Virus record (IMG/VR): IMGVR_UViG_3300049182_000044
Span: 192,001-256,000 of that record
Strand: one strand, 5' to 3'
DNA: 64,000 bases
DNA from: a virus
Lineage: Duplodnaviria > Caudoviricetes
The position numbers and the translations under genes are program-made. Of this stretch, positions 9,762 through 18,194 are shown piece after piece. The notes below the pieces were generated by a model. It was given only the letters and a program-made list of their open reading frames with translations, made no database searches and was not told the DNA's origin. Numbering within the stretch: position 1 is the stretch's first letter; every line of letters starts with the position of its first letter.

Positions 9762-10310
9762 TTATTGCCAGAGTGGACCACGAACGAAACGACCATGTTG
9801 CCCTTTGATGCCTTTACGCAGCCCTTCGATCATTCCTTCTGTGAGGTGTTTGTTATTGTCCAAATTACTGAAAGTGATGTGAACAAGCACGGGAACACCG
9901 CCGTGAATATCGGATATGGCTTTCATGCGATTGCGTCCTTCGTGCCCCGAAATGTAGGCGCCGTCCACAACCTTGTCACGGCCGTCTTCACCCAGTTCAA
10001 TGCGCAGCCATGGACTTGCGATTGCACCACCGTTTTGAATATGCTCTTTGATGTGCGTCAAATTAGTTGCCTCTGCGCTACCGATCAACAGAGGGTAGCA
10101 CAAATCAAGGAACGTACTCGGAGCCATCAACACCGAGAAACCCTTATGCCCCACTTCCTGATTGTGCGGTATGGCACCGAGACCTTTTACTTGATCGTAC
10201 TGGATACCGTGCAGCTCGTGGCGCAGAGCACGGTTCAGAACTTCAGCCATAGTTAGGAAACGGCCTTGACCGGGCTTCGTATCAGAGGAGAGGGCGATTT
10301 TGAGTTTCAT
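9762..10310 (-). CDS. ParB/Srx-like protein, paralogue 2
   Basis: GGAIASPW...GHEGRNRMKAI, matching the ParB-like dGhhR motif. Confidence 0.65.
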   Translation of the reverse strand: MKLKIALSSDTKPGQGRFLTMAEVLNRALRHELHGIQYDQVKGLGAIPHNQEVGHKGFSVLMAPSTFLDLCYPLLIGSAEATNLTHIKEHIQNGGAIASPWLRIELGEDGRDKVVDGAYISGHEGRNRMKAISDIHGGVPVLVHITFSNLDNNKHLTEGMIEGLRKGIKGQHGRFVRGPLWQ

Positions 10311-10356
10311 GATGTTCTAATGGGAATGGGTGACCCCGAAGAGCCACCCAAGTTTC

Positions 10357-10731
10357 TTAATTGCCGGACTGCGCATCCTTGGCGTCTGCCTTCATCATAA
10401 CGGCGTCTGCTTTGTGCTTGTCTTTGAATGCAGTCAGTGTACTGAGTGCATCATGCCACACGTTCGAACCTGCAGACCCCAACAGACCTACGATCAGGAT
10501 CGACTGGAGGAACGGCAAGTCCTTCAGGAAGATGATTGTGTCAGGAGGATTCAGTACAGCAGCGAGCGCTGAAGTGGCGAACGTGATGCCTTGCAGAACA
10601 GCGACACGTACTTTTTCGTTTTGCAGCTTGTTCAGATCAACAACTGCTTTGATGGACGCGGTAATGCGTTCAGCAACAGCTGCGATCAGACCGAGATACA
10701 CAACGATTTCAGTGATAGACGATTCAAACAT
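10357..10731 (-). CDS. Small membrane protein, holin-like
   Basis: 124 aa with 2-3 hydrophobic segments, GSAGSNVWHD, charged C-terminus. Confidence 0.5.
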   Translation of the reverse strand: MFESSITEIVVYLGLIAAVAERITASIKAVVDLNKLQNEKVRVAVLQGITFATSALAAVLNPPDTIIFLKDLPFLQSILIVGLLGSAGSNVWHDALSTLTAFKDKHKADAVMMKADAKDAQSGN

Positions 10732-10771
10732 AGTTACCTCTCAAGTTATGCTCAACTAGAGCAATTCGTTA

Positions 10772-11017
10772 CTACTTAGGACGGTATCCTTGCTCGTCTT
10801 CATCATCGTACCACGCGACGATCTCTCCATTTGCGGCGTTGCGAATGATGTTCAGAGGAGGATCTTTAACGTCGTTCTTCACATGGATGTGCAAACGTGT
10901 CTTCACATACTCAATAAAATCAAGAAGGTCTTCACCATGAGTATTGGGTGGATGACGATCCATGAAATCGTCAATGTCATCTTCACGTTTGCCGGAGAGT
11001 GCGATTCTGAGCTTCAT
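10772..11017 (-). CDS. Small acidic protein starting MKLRIALSG
   Basis: 81 aa in-line ORF. Confidence 0.65.
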   Translation of the reverse strand: MKLRIALSGKREDDIDDFMDRHPPNTHGEDLLDFIEYVKTRLHIHVKNDVKDPPLNIIRNAANGEIVAWYDDEDEQGYRPK

Positions 11018-11032
11018 AAAAATCTCTGCTGA

Positions 11033-12079
11033 TTAAATGTCCAACTTGACCTTACCTACGATCACGTTAGGATGGAATAGCGCCATCGAGTTGCCAGTCG
11101 GCCCTTCGACAACGTACATGCTGTCATAGCTAAGATCGACCAGATAGTCTCTCAGCCTTTCTACAAACTCAACTCGCGGCACTCCGGTATGCGGCCAAGT
11201 AAGAGCCGGATCATTGATCGTCGGCAGCTTCAAGTCCGGATTGCTTTCACGAATGACGTTGTAATCCTCTTTGCACTGAGGCTTGCGCAAATCGAAGATG
11301 TGGCGAGGGTTGACCGTAAGTTGATGGATAGGAATACCCATCTTCTTCGCCATCATCTTGGCTTTCGCAGTTTCAAGATCGTCAGTGACGACCAAGAAGT
11401 TGCTGCGACGCAATTCAGCAGCCGGGTCATAGCTGACGCAGTACACTGGAGTGCTGCTCATACTGCGATATGACTTCGGGATCGGCAAATCCAACCAGCT
11501 GAGGTCCTCGTCGATCTCCAGCTCATCAGGCGTAATCAACTTGCCGCCATGCAGGACATGTCCGGCTGGCACGGGGTCTTCATCCTCAATTGTCGGACGT
11601 ACCTGCACCTTGACCTTTGAGGGCTTGGTAGTCTTCTTCAGTTCCTTCTCTTTCTTCACCGCCAGCTTCTTCGATTCAACGTCAGGCTGTACCGGCTTAG
11701 AAGGCTTCGCAGGCTTTTTCGGTTTGGTCAGATCGACCTTGATCTTCGTCGGCTTAGTAGCTTTTACCGGATCACCTAGATCGGACTGCTTGATCTTGCC
11801 CTTGTATTCCTTCGACCGATCCATGATCTTATCTGAACGAGGAATGTCGACCTTGAAGATCACATTAGGCATCTTCAAAACCAAGTAACGATCTTGGGTA
11901 CGTGTAGCTTCTTTCACGCCATACAAGTCACCCTTGCTGAGCTTGACCGATCGTCCTCGTTCATCGACGAGCTTAACGCCTTTGTCACCCGTGTACTTGT
12001 GCCAGGTGTAATCCTTTACTTTGAAGTGCTTGCCCGTTGCAGCAAGCGCTACCCCTTCTACGAGTGTTCGAGTCAACAT
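11033..12079 (-). CDS. Hypothetical protein; Lys/Pro-rich linker, C-terminal degenerate ART-PolyVal-like domain
   Basis: 348 aa; VVTDDLETA...HIFDLR...YDSM...ALFHP pattern; domain call weak. Confidence 0.55.
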   Translation of the reverse strand: MLTRTLVEGVALAATGKHFKVKDYTWHKYTGDKGVKLVDERGRSVKLSKGDLYGVKEATRTQDRYLVLKMPNVIFKVDIPRSDKIMDRSKEYKGKIKQSDLGDPVKATKPTKIKVDLTKPKKPAKPSKPVQPDVESKKLAVKKEKELKKTTKPSKVKVQVRPTIEDEDPVPAGHVLHGGKLITPDELEIDEDLSWLDLPIPKSYRSMSSTPVYCVSYDPAAELRRSNFLVVTDDLETAKAKMMAKKMGIPIHQLTVNPRHIFDLRKPQCKEDYNVIRESNPDLKLPTINDPALTWPHTGVPRVEFVERLRDYLVDLSYDSMYVVEGPTGNSMALFHPNVIVGKVKLDI

Positions 12080-12088
12080 GGTTCTACC

Positions 12089-12721
12089 TTAATGGTGTAC
12101 GTGGACGTAGTGCATATGGTCGTTGCCGTCCGGATGCTTGTCGTCTTTCGTCAGCTTCTCACCGTTCAACATCTGCGTCTGCACTACTGCTCTGTTCTGT
12201 TTCACAAGTGCTTGTGCGTCCTCAGAAGTCATGTCAGCAATATGGGACATGTCCTTCACTTCATCCCAGAATGCCATGAACTCCTTGAATGGGAAGTTAT
12301 GCAGATGCGAGTAGGACGAGCCCAAACGTCTATGTGTTAAGTCCACGACGAGGCCGTGAATCTTCACAACACCGTGCGAAAGCTCTTTCACCACACAGCT
12401 CTCACCGTGCTTCTTCATGTCCTCAAGAATCTGAGGAGAAGGTGAAGTAAGACGTTTGCGGAAACCGTAGCCCACCATCAGTGCTGGGTAGAAATCCTGT
12501 GCTTTGAGGAACTTATACAAGGCACGAGTGAGCGAGGCATTAGATTCGCCAGCGACGCCGGAATTGGTCAGTGCTACCTTGGCGACCGGATTCTCGTCGA
12601 TGAAGTAACGCACTGCACCTGCAAGCGAAAACGCCCCGCATTCACAGGGCGTACCTCGTCGCAGATCTACACTACGTTTGCCTTTGAGGTCAATGATGAC
12701 CTTGCTATAGCTAGTGTACAT
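12089..12721 (-). CDS. Putative transglutaminase/papain-fold protein
   Basis: CGAFS...HGVVKIHGLVVDLT gives Cys-His-Asp order. Confidence 0.45.
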   Translation of the reverse strand: MYTSYSKVIIDLKGKRSVDLRRGTPCECGAFSLAGAVRYFIDENPVAKVALTNSGVAGESNASLTRALYKFLKAQDFYPALMVGYGFRKRLTSPSPQILEDMKKHGESCVVKELSHGVVKIHGLVVDLTHRRLGSSYSHLHNFPFKEFMAFWDEVKDMSHIADMTSEDAQALVKQNRAVVQTQMLNGEKLTKDDKHPDGNDHMHYVHVHH

Positions 12722-12735
12722 CTTGTTCTTCCTTA

Positions 12736-14607
12736 TTAAACGTGTACCGTCTTCGGCTTCTTGTTGAAATCGCCACGAACATGGGCGGCTTTCATTGCAC
12801 GGACGATGTTGAGGTTGATCTTCTCGTTAGCTGCCTTCTGATTGCGAACGTATTTGGGCTTGCCAGTCTTCGACGATGCCTTCACTTCACCGGCTTCACC
12901 GAACTTACGGCTCAACAGAGGAACCTTACCTCCACGCGCATGAACAGCCGAACGTGTCTTGCCAGAAGGAGCATCCGAAGCCAACGCAACGAGGGCGCTT
13001 GCTGTAGCTTCTTCGTCGCCCTCTTCCGCAGCGCGCGGGTTGATCGCCTCCAGCTTATCCAGGTAGTCCTTGATCTTCTTGCGTGTTTCAATGTCATCAT
13101 CCTGCTGGCGCAGCAAATCGTCGATGTTCAACCCACCTGCAGCTGCCATAACACGCAGCGGGACTGGGACACCCTTCTCGGTCATGCTGTTGAGCATTTC
13201 GAGATACGCCGAATCGCCCTCAGGCTTCAACTGTTTTGCCCAGTGAATCGTCGGGATCAGCAACTTCGAGCCGTCATTCAGCCTGAACATTGCGTCTTCC
13301 GGAGTCATCTCACTCATCAAGTTTTCGCGAATGGAGACCTTGCCCTTCGATGTAAGCGTGTAGCCATTCAGCATCGAAATAAGCGGGAACAGCTTATCGT
13401 AGAAGAGCTTGCGCGTCAGCATTTCACGATAGGCACGCATTTGTTCGATGAAGACCGTCAGCGATGTGTCTGCTGTGTTGTAGTTGGCATCGCCACTGAG
13501 GAAGCCTTCCGAAATTCCCAACGCACGAAGCTTGTGCGCGAGGACAGAATCCGCGAAATCGCCGTGCTTCCAAAACTCACCGCCTTGGCGAAGTTCCTCG
13601 ACCGACACGCCCAGACGAGTTGCAATGATCGCTCCCAGCGGGTCGCTATCGGCGTTCATGAACAGGTCTGTAATGAATTCCAAGTCCTGTACAGTCGGTG
13701 TCCACTCCTCGCCGTCGCCCAGAGAGATATGCATGATGCCCCGTTGACGGCGAGCCGATTCGATCAGCGTGCCACGGAACAAGTTCTTTTCGATCAAGTA
13801 GATAGGGAGAATACGGCGGAAGTACGACGTACCGGAATCCGTTGTCGAGAACGTCTTACGCGGGATGTACATCGTGGACAGCGGATCGAGTTCAAGCGTA
13901 CCTGAAGTAATCTTCTCGATCACGGTCTTGCCGATCTGTTCCCGAATACGCTTCATGCGAGGCGTATCGCGTTTGAGCAGTTCCTGCACTTGCTCATTGA
14001 ACTTGACAGTAATGAAAGGGTCTTGCGAATAGAAAGGAAGGTTCTCGAAGGTCAAGTTCTCGATAGCATGAGGCATGATATCCGTGAACAGCTTCTTCTC
14101 TTTGTTGTACAGCAAAGACGAGGTATGCGCACCGAGTACCAGATAATCAACACTGATTTCCGGCAACAGGGTACGCAATGACAGACGTTCGAGCGTCTCT
14201 GCGAAAGTGTTTGCAATCTTTGGATCGCTAATACCACCCAGGGTGAATTCACTGAACGGCAAGGATGAGATAAGATCAACGGCCGATCCAGCTACGGGAT
14301 CGTGGTAGTACATGTCTCGATACAGGCGATGAAAATACGCTTGTTCAATCTGAGGCGTGATGCCCGTCAGCATCGGATCGAGATCGATGCTGATCGGGTT
14401 GTTCGACATGCTGGTGTTCTGCATACCGTTGACAGGGCCGGAGCTCAAGCTCGTGAACGGCGCTGCACCGCCTTGCTCTTCACTCTTGGTCTTTCTCACT
14501 GCGCGTGAGTTTGTGCCTAGCGACGTGTTACGTGCTGGCTTGTCTGAAGTGCCTACAGCGGGCCTCAGACCAAAGGCCACATTAGCACTCTTCTTAACCG
14601 TAATCAT
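12736..14607 (-). CDS. Portal protein
   Basis: 623 aa, near terminase; YRDMYYHDPVAGSAVDLISSLPFS helix typical of the portal N-terminal region. Confidence 0.75.
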   Translation of the reverse strand: MITVKKSANVAFGLRPAVGTSDKPARNTSLGTNSRAVRKTKSEEQGGAAPFTSLSSGPVNGMQNTSMSNNPISIDLDPMLTGITPQIEQAYFHRLYRDMYYHDPVAGSAVDLISSLPFSEFTLGGISDPKIANTFAETLERLSLRTLLPEISVDYLVLGAHTSSLLYNKEKKLFTDIMPHAIENLTFENLPFYSQDPFITVKFNEQVQELLKRDTPRMKRIREQIGKTVIEKITSGTLELDPLSTMYIPRKTFSTTDSGTSYFRRILPIYLIEKNLFRGTLIESARRQRGIMHISLGDGEEWTPTVQDLEFITDLFMNADSDPLGAIIATRLGVSVEELRQGGEFWKHGDFADSVLAHKLRALGISEGFLSGDANYNTADTSLTVFIEQMRAYREMLTRKLFYDKLFPLISMLNGYTLTSKGKVSIRENLMSEMTPEDAMFRLNDGSKLLIPTIHWAKQLKPEGDSAYLEMLNSMTEKGVPVPLRVMAAAGGLNIDDLLRQQDDDIETRKKIKDYLDKLEAINPRAAEEGDEEATASALVALASDAPSGKTRSAVHARGGKVPLLSRKFGEAGEVKASSKTGKPKYVRNQKAANEKINLNIVRAMKAAHVRGDFNKKPKTVHV

Positions 14608-14627
14608 TTCTATCCCTTTGCTTTGTC

Positions 14628-15206
14628 CTACTTAGTCAGTTTTTCGACAACTGCGTCCTTGGCTTTTTCGATGCTCACTCTGCGATGCAGTTCTTTCAGA
14701 CCGCACTCAGGACACAGGCAATCAAATACGAACCTGTAATTCGGATCGTTGTCCATCTTTCTCGCACGATTGTCCTTCTGCGTTTGCTGGTCAGTGCCGA
14801 GGACACCCCAACGCTCTACCTCCAGAAGTCCTGCACGACTCGGATGTGGGTCCCAGACTGGCTCGCCCATGTGCCCGACAATTGCATGGTGCGTGTGTAG
14901 ACGACCGGCCTTACGGTGCTCTTCTGTCCGCACTGTTGGGCCTGCAAGCAGGTGGAAAGGATTGGTTGGGCGCACACCGCCGAACTGATATCCATGAATC
15001 TCGAAGTAGCACAAGCCGTGGTGCTTCGACAAATACCCGTTCAGCACATTCATGTAGGAACCCCAGCCTCCGAAGAACTTGTGATTATCAAGAACTTCGA
15101 TCTCGTGCTGGGGTGGAAGCTTCTCTGGATCGATTTCCAGAATACAGGCAATCACGGTCTGCCAACAATTGCCCGGAGAGAGATTTGATTGCGTGTATTC
15201 TTTCAT
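14628..15206 (-). CDS. Putative papain-like (C39-like) peptidase
   Basis: GNCWQTVIACIL...HHAIVG...VWDPHP. Confidence 0.5.
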   Translation of the reverse strand: MKEYTQSNLSPGNCWQTVIACILEIDPEKLPPQHEIEVLDNHKFFGGWGSYMNVLNGYLSKHHGLCYFEIHGYQFGGVRPTNPFHLLAGPTVRTEEHRKAGRLHTHHAIVGHMGEPVWDPHPSRAGLLEVERWGVLGTDQQTQKDNRARKMDNDPNYRFVFDCLCPECGLKELHRRVSIEKAKDAVVEKLTK

Positions 15207-15213
15207 GGTCGTC

Positions 15214-15669
15214 TTAATAGTGAAGTTTAGCTTCGAGTTGTGCTTTCGCCTTCGTGTATTTCACAATCTCGTCTTGATAGTGTTTCTTCTTCGCAGCGCG
15301 TTGATCCTTGTTCAAGGACTTGTTGCCGGCCAGGCTTCTCAGGAGCTTGCGATTGCCGCTAAGGATTCGCTTAACGGTACGCAGCTTCTTCTTCAGGATC
15401 GACAGTTTGTCTGCATCGAGCTTCTTTGCAAGAGCTACTTTCTCCGCTACCGGCTTTGCCTTAGATTTCGGGTCGGCCGATTTCCCGAGCTTGAACGCCT
15501 TTCCGAACTTAGAATTCGGGTGCCGTTTCAAGTAAGCGGCCTTCTGCGTCTTGGTTAGCAGCTCCCACCAATGGACGCTCTTTGCAGAGCTCTTCTTGGT
15601 GGGATTCAGCAGCTTCTTTTTCTTAGCAGCCACTTCCTTGCTAGCCTTTTTCGATTTATCGCTGGCCAT
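15214..15669 (-). CDS. Lys-rich basic protein
   Basis: 151 aa; WWELLTKTQKAAYLKRHPNSKF motif. Confidence 0.7.
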   Translation of the reverse strand: MASDKSKKASKEVAAKKKKLLNPTKKSSAKSVHWWELLTKTQKAAYLKRHPNSKFGKAFKLGKSADPKSKAKPVAEKVALAKKLDADKLSILKKKLRTVKRILSGNRKLLRSLAGNKSLNKDQRAAKKKHYQDEIVKYTKAKAQLEAKLHY

Positions 15670-15681
15670 GATCGGCCTCCG

Positions 15682-15915
15682 TTAGACGCAGGGTGTGCAC
15701 TGGTCATCCGGCAGCGGAACAGAAACGCGATCTGCCTGACAGTAGAACACGGTGTCGTTGTTAGCGATAACCGCACGGGTCATCGTGGTCTTGCACTTCG
15801 GACAGACACCGACTTCTTCGTTATACAGTGAAGCGGTTGCTGTATGCCTCGCCTCTACGTCCGCTGTGGAAGACAGGGCCTCCAGCGGATTGAAGATTTT
15901 ACGTGGTTGGTTCAT
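15682..15915 (-). CDS. Small Zn-ribbon protein
   Basis: CPKC...FYC..D; SD GAGG upstream. Confidence 0.65.
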   Translation of the reverse strand: MNQPRKIFNPLEALSSTADVEARHTATASLYNEEVGVCPKCKTTMTRAVIANNDTVFYCQADRVSVPLPDDQCTPCV

Positions 15916-15969
15916 GATTTCCTCGAAAGTGAGTACTATGTTGATTCCTCAAAATTACGATTTCTTGCG

Positions 15970-18183
15970 TTAGCGAGCTTTCTTAATGACACCCATCGCC
16001 TGCGGGGAAACCGATTCTGCTGTAAGCTGGCCACCGCCTCTGGCGCTGCCACCGCCCGAAGCACCGCGATAAACCGCACCTTGAGAGATATCTACGCGGC
16101 TCTTAACCGCGCTATCAGCCTGATTAAACAGGTCTTCGTACTCGGGATTCAGCAGCATGGTGACCGCAAGCATTGCCGCCCGCATCAGATCGTCAGTAAG
16201 CTGGTCGCCTTTGATGACCTGAGAACCCGTGTCTTGAACTGTCAGGCATTGCAGGATGAAATGCTCTACCGGCCTGCCCTTGAAAATCTCAGGATACTTG
16301 GATTGGTCATATTCAAGAATCTGCTGCATTTCCCATTCCGGTTGTGGGAAACTCAACTGATTGTCGAGAACATAGGATTTGAAATTCTGCATGTCCGCGT
16401 ATTTCAGCGAATACTGCTTCGTCTCAATATCACAATCCTCTTCTGCATCGGACAGAATCTTCAAGGAGTTCCAACGGTCAGCTGCCATGAGTTTGACGTT
16501 CCGGTCGTCAATGATCGGGACAATGATCTCGTCGTAGATCTTCCTGTAGTTTAGAGGGATACCGGGAAGGGGCATTACCTCAGCCAACAGGGCGATATGC
16601 GGGAACTTGTGATCCTTGAGATATGCAACACAGCACGCAAAGCTGTTATTCGAGTAGCCTGCGTCTATGCAAAGAACACTGGGCTTGCCCGAAGGCTTCA
16701 TCTTGTCGATTTTGGCGAATCGAGTGGTCGTTCCGTCCTTGGCCTTCTTTTGAGCGTGGCTGATCTTGATCGGATTCTTCTTCTCGCCGATACACTCTTC
16801 AACTGCTGCCTGACTGCTGATAAACGGATTGCTGGTGAGAGGAGGTTGTGCTCCATAGTCACGCATCGCCGCGACAGGGTCTTTGCGGAACTCCTCTTCT
16901 AGCGCCTGACGCGAAACCGTGGGGTTCATTTCCCACGTAGGCTTCACCACACCATAGATCTTTTTGGAACCCTGGGAGGTACGAACCAACTCCATGATCT
17001 TATCGCGCACCGAAGACGGAGACGAAATGTTCAGGAAGTAACCAGTCGGCACCATGTCAAAGCCGCGTTCAATCAACTTGTCTGCAGAGGCACGGACGGT
17101 AAGGAGAGAACGCTCCAACGCGATATAGACCTCGTTCGCGTTCATCTTCACGTTTTTCAGCGCCGCAACGTCATTCGGGAACCAGCCCAATTCGTCGATT
17201 GAGGCAAAGAAGCGTGTACGACCACGAAGTGTACGTTTATCCGGACCTGCGGGATAGACCAGCAAGCGACGGTGACGATACATGACGAAGGTGTCTTTCA
17301 GCTTGACCAGCTCTTCGCCGAAACGCTCACCAGTCTCAATAAGCATTTGATGATACGTGGAGAACCACGGGCTGTCAGTCAAGTGACCGTAGTACGGCTC
17401 CCACAGAGTATCCTTAGCCTGCGCATAGGTAAGAGCAGCGAACGTACCGTGAAGCACGTTCGCATTCATTAACCCGTACACTTCGTTTGGCTTTTGCAGC
17501 TTGATCTGAAGGTGGGTCAGGTACGAAGCCATCATACCCAGCCATGCGGACTTACCTGAACGTTGGCCGGCGGAGATAGCTCCTTCGTAATAGAAGTTCT
17601 GCTTGCCCTTCTTGACGTAGTGCGCACGGCCTTTCTTGCAATGCGGGCACACGCCTTTGTCGTACAGAGCAACCTTGCGCTCGAAGGTATTGAGAGAGTC
17701 ATCAACCTTATGGGTGTGATCGAACCACTCCATGTCAGTACAGTTCGGGCAATACTCTGCCAGAATACGTGTACCGAGAATTGCCTGCTCGATGTACGGC
17801 TTCTGTTTCAGGAACTTGTCCGAAACGCAGAAGGTGTAGAAATTCGGTGCTTGTAGGAAGTCACGATCATTGATCTTAATGTCAGACGACACCGGAGTGT
17901 CGGACGCGAGAACATCATCAATGACCTTAGAGATATCGAAGCCCGCGTTATCTTCCGGCATCAAAATAGGAGGACCGTCCAGTTCGTCTTGAACCTGACG
18001 GTAGTTGCCGATGTCAATTTCTGCGAAGTTGAACAGGCGTTCGATTGCGTCTACCTTCGATTGCTTGGTTTCGCTGAAACGAGGGCAAACGTAAATAACC
18101 GACTTGAGATTATCCTTACACTCGAAATACTTAGAGCAGCCTAAGCAGTTCTTGGTTGGTGGTGAGCCTGATAGCGTTAGCAT
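15970..18183 (-). CDS. terL: Terminase large subunit
   Basis: Walker A SAGQRSGKS, Walker B SIDELG, ISSP, nuclease IDAG...D, C-terminal DD; close to portal. Confidence 0.88.
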   Translation of the reverse strand: MLTLSGSPPTKNCLGCSKYFECKDNLKSVIYVCPRFSETKQSKVDAIERLFNFAEIDIGNYRQVQDELDGPPILMPEDNAGFDISKVIDDVLASDTPVSSDIKINDRDFLQAPNFYTFCVSDKFLKQKPYIEQAILGTRILAEYCPNCTDMEWFDHTHKVDDSLNTFERKVALYDKGVCPHCKKGRAHYVKKGKQNFYYEGAISAGQRSGKSAWLGMMASYLTHLQIKLQKPNEVYGLMNANVLHGTFAALTYAQAKDTLWEPYYGHLTDSPWFSTYHQMLIETGERFGEELVKLKDTFVMYRHRRLLVYPAGPDKRTLRGRTRFFASIDELGWFPNDVAALKNVKMNANEVYIALERSLLTVRASADKLIERGFDMVPTGYFLNISSPSSVRDKIMELVRTSQGSKKIYGVVKPTWEMNPTVSRQALEEEFRKDPVAAMRDYGAQPPLTSNPFISSQAAVEECIGEKKNPIKISHAQKKAKDGTTTRFAKIDKMKPSGKPSVLCIDAGYSNNSFACCVAYLKDHKFPHIALLAEVMPLPGIPLNYRKIYDEIIVPIIDDRNVKLMAADRWNSLKILSDAEEDCDIETKQYSLKYADMQNFKSYVLDNQLSFPQPEWEMQQILEYDQSKYPEIFKGRPVEHFILQCLTVQDTGSQVIKGDQLTDDLMRAAMLAVTMLLNPEYEDLFNQADSAVKSRVDISQGAVYRGASGGGSARGGGQLTAESVSPQAMGVIKKAR

Positions 18184-18194
18184 AGTGGTTCATT

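Noticed and set aside
1-11017. The shared 5' ends as a DNA repeat or mobile cassette
   Set aside because: Synonymous codons differ freely (AGT vs TCT/TCA/TCC), so the similarity is at the peptide level
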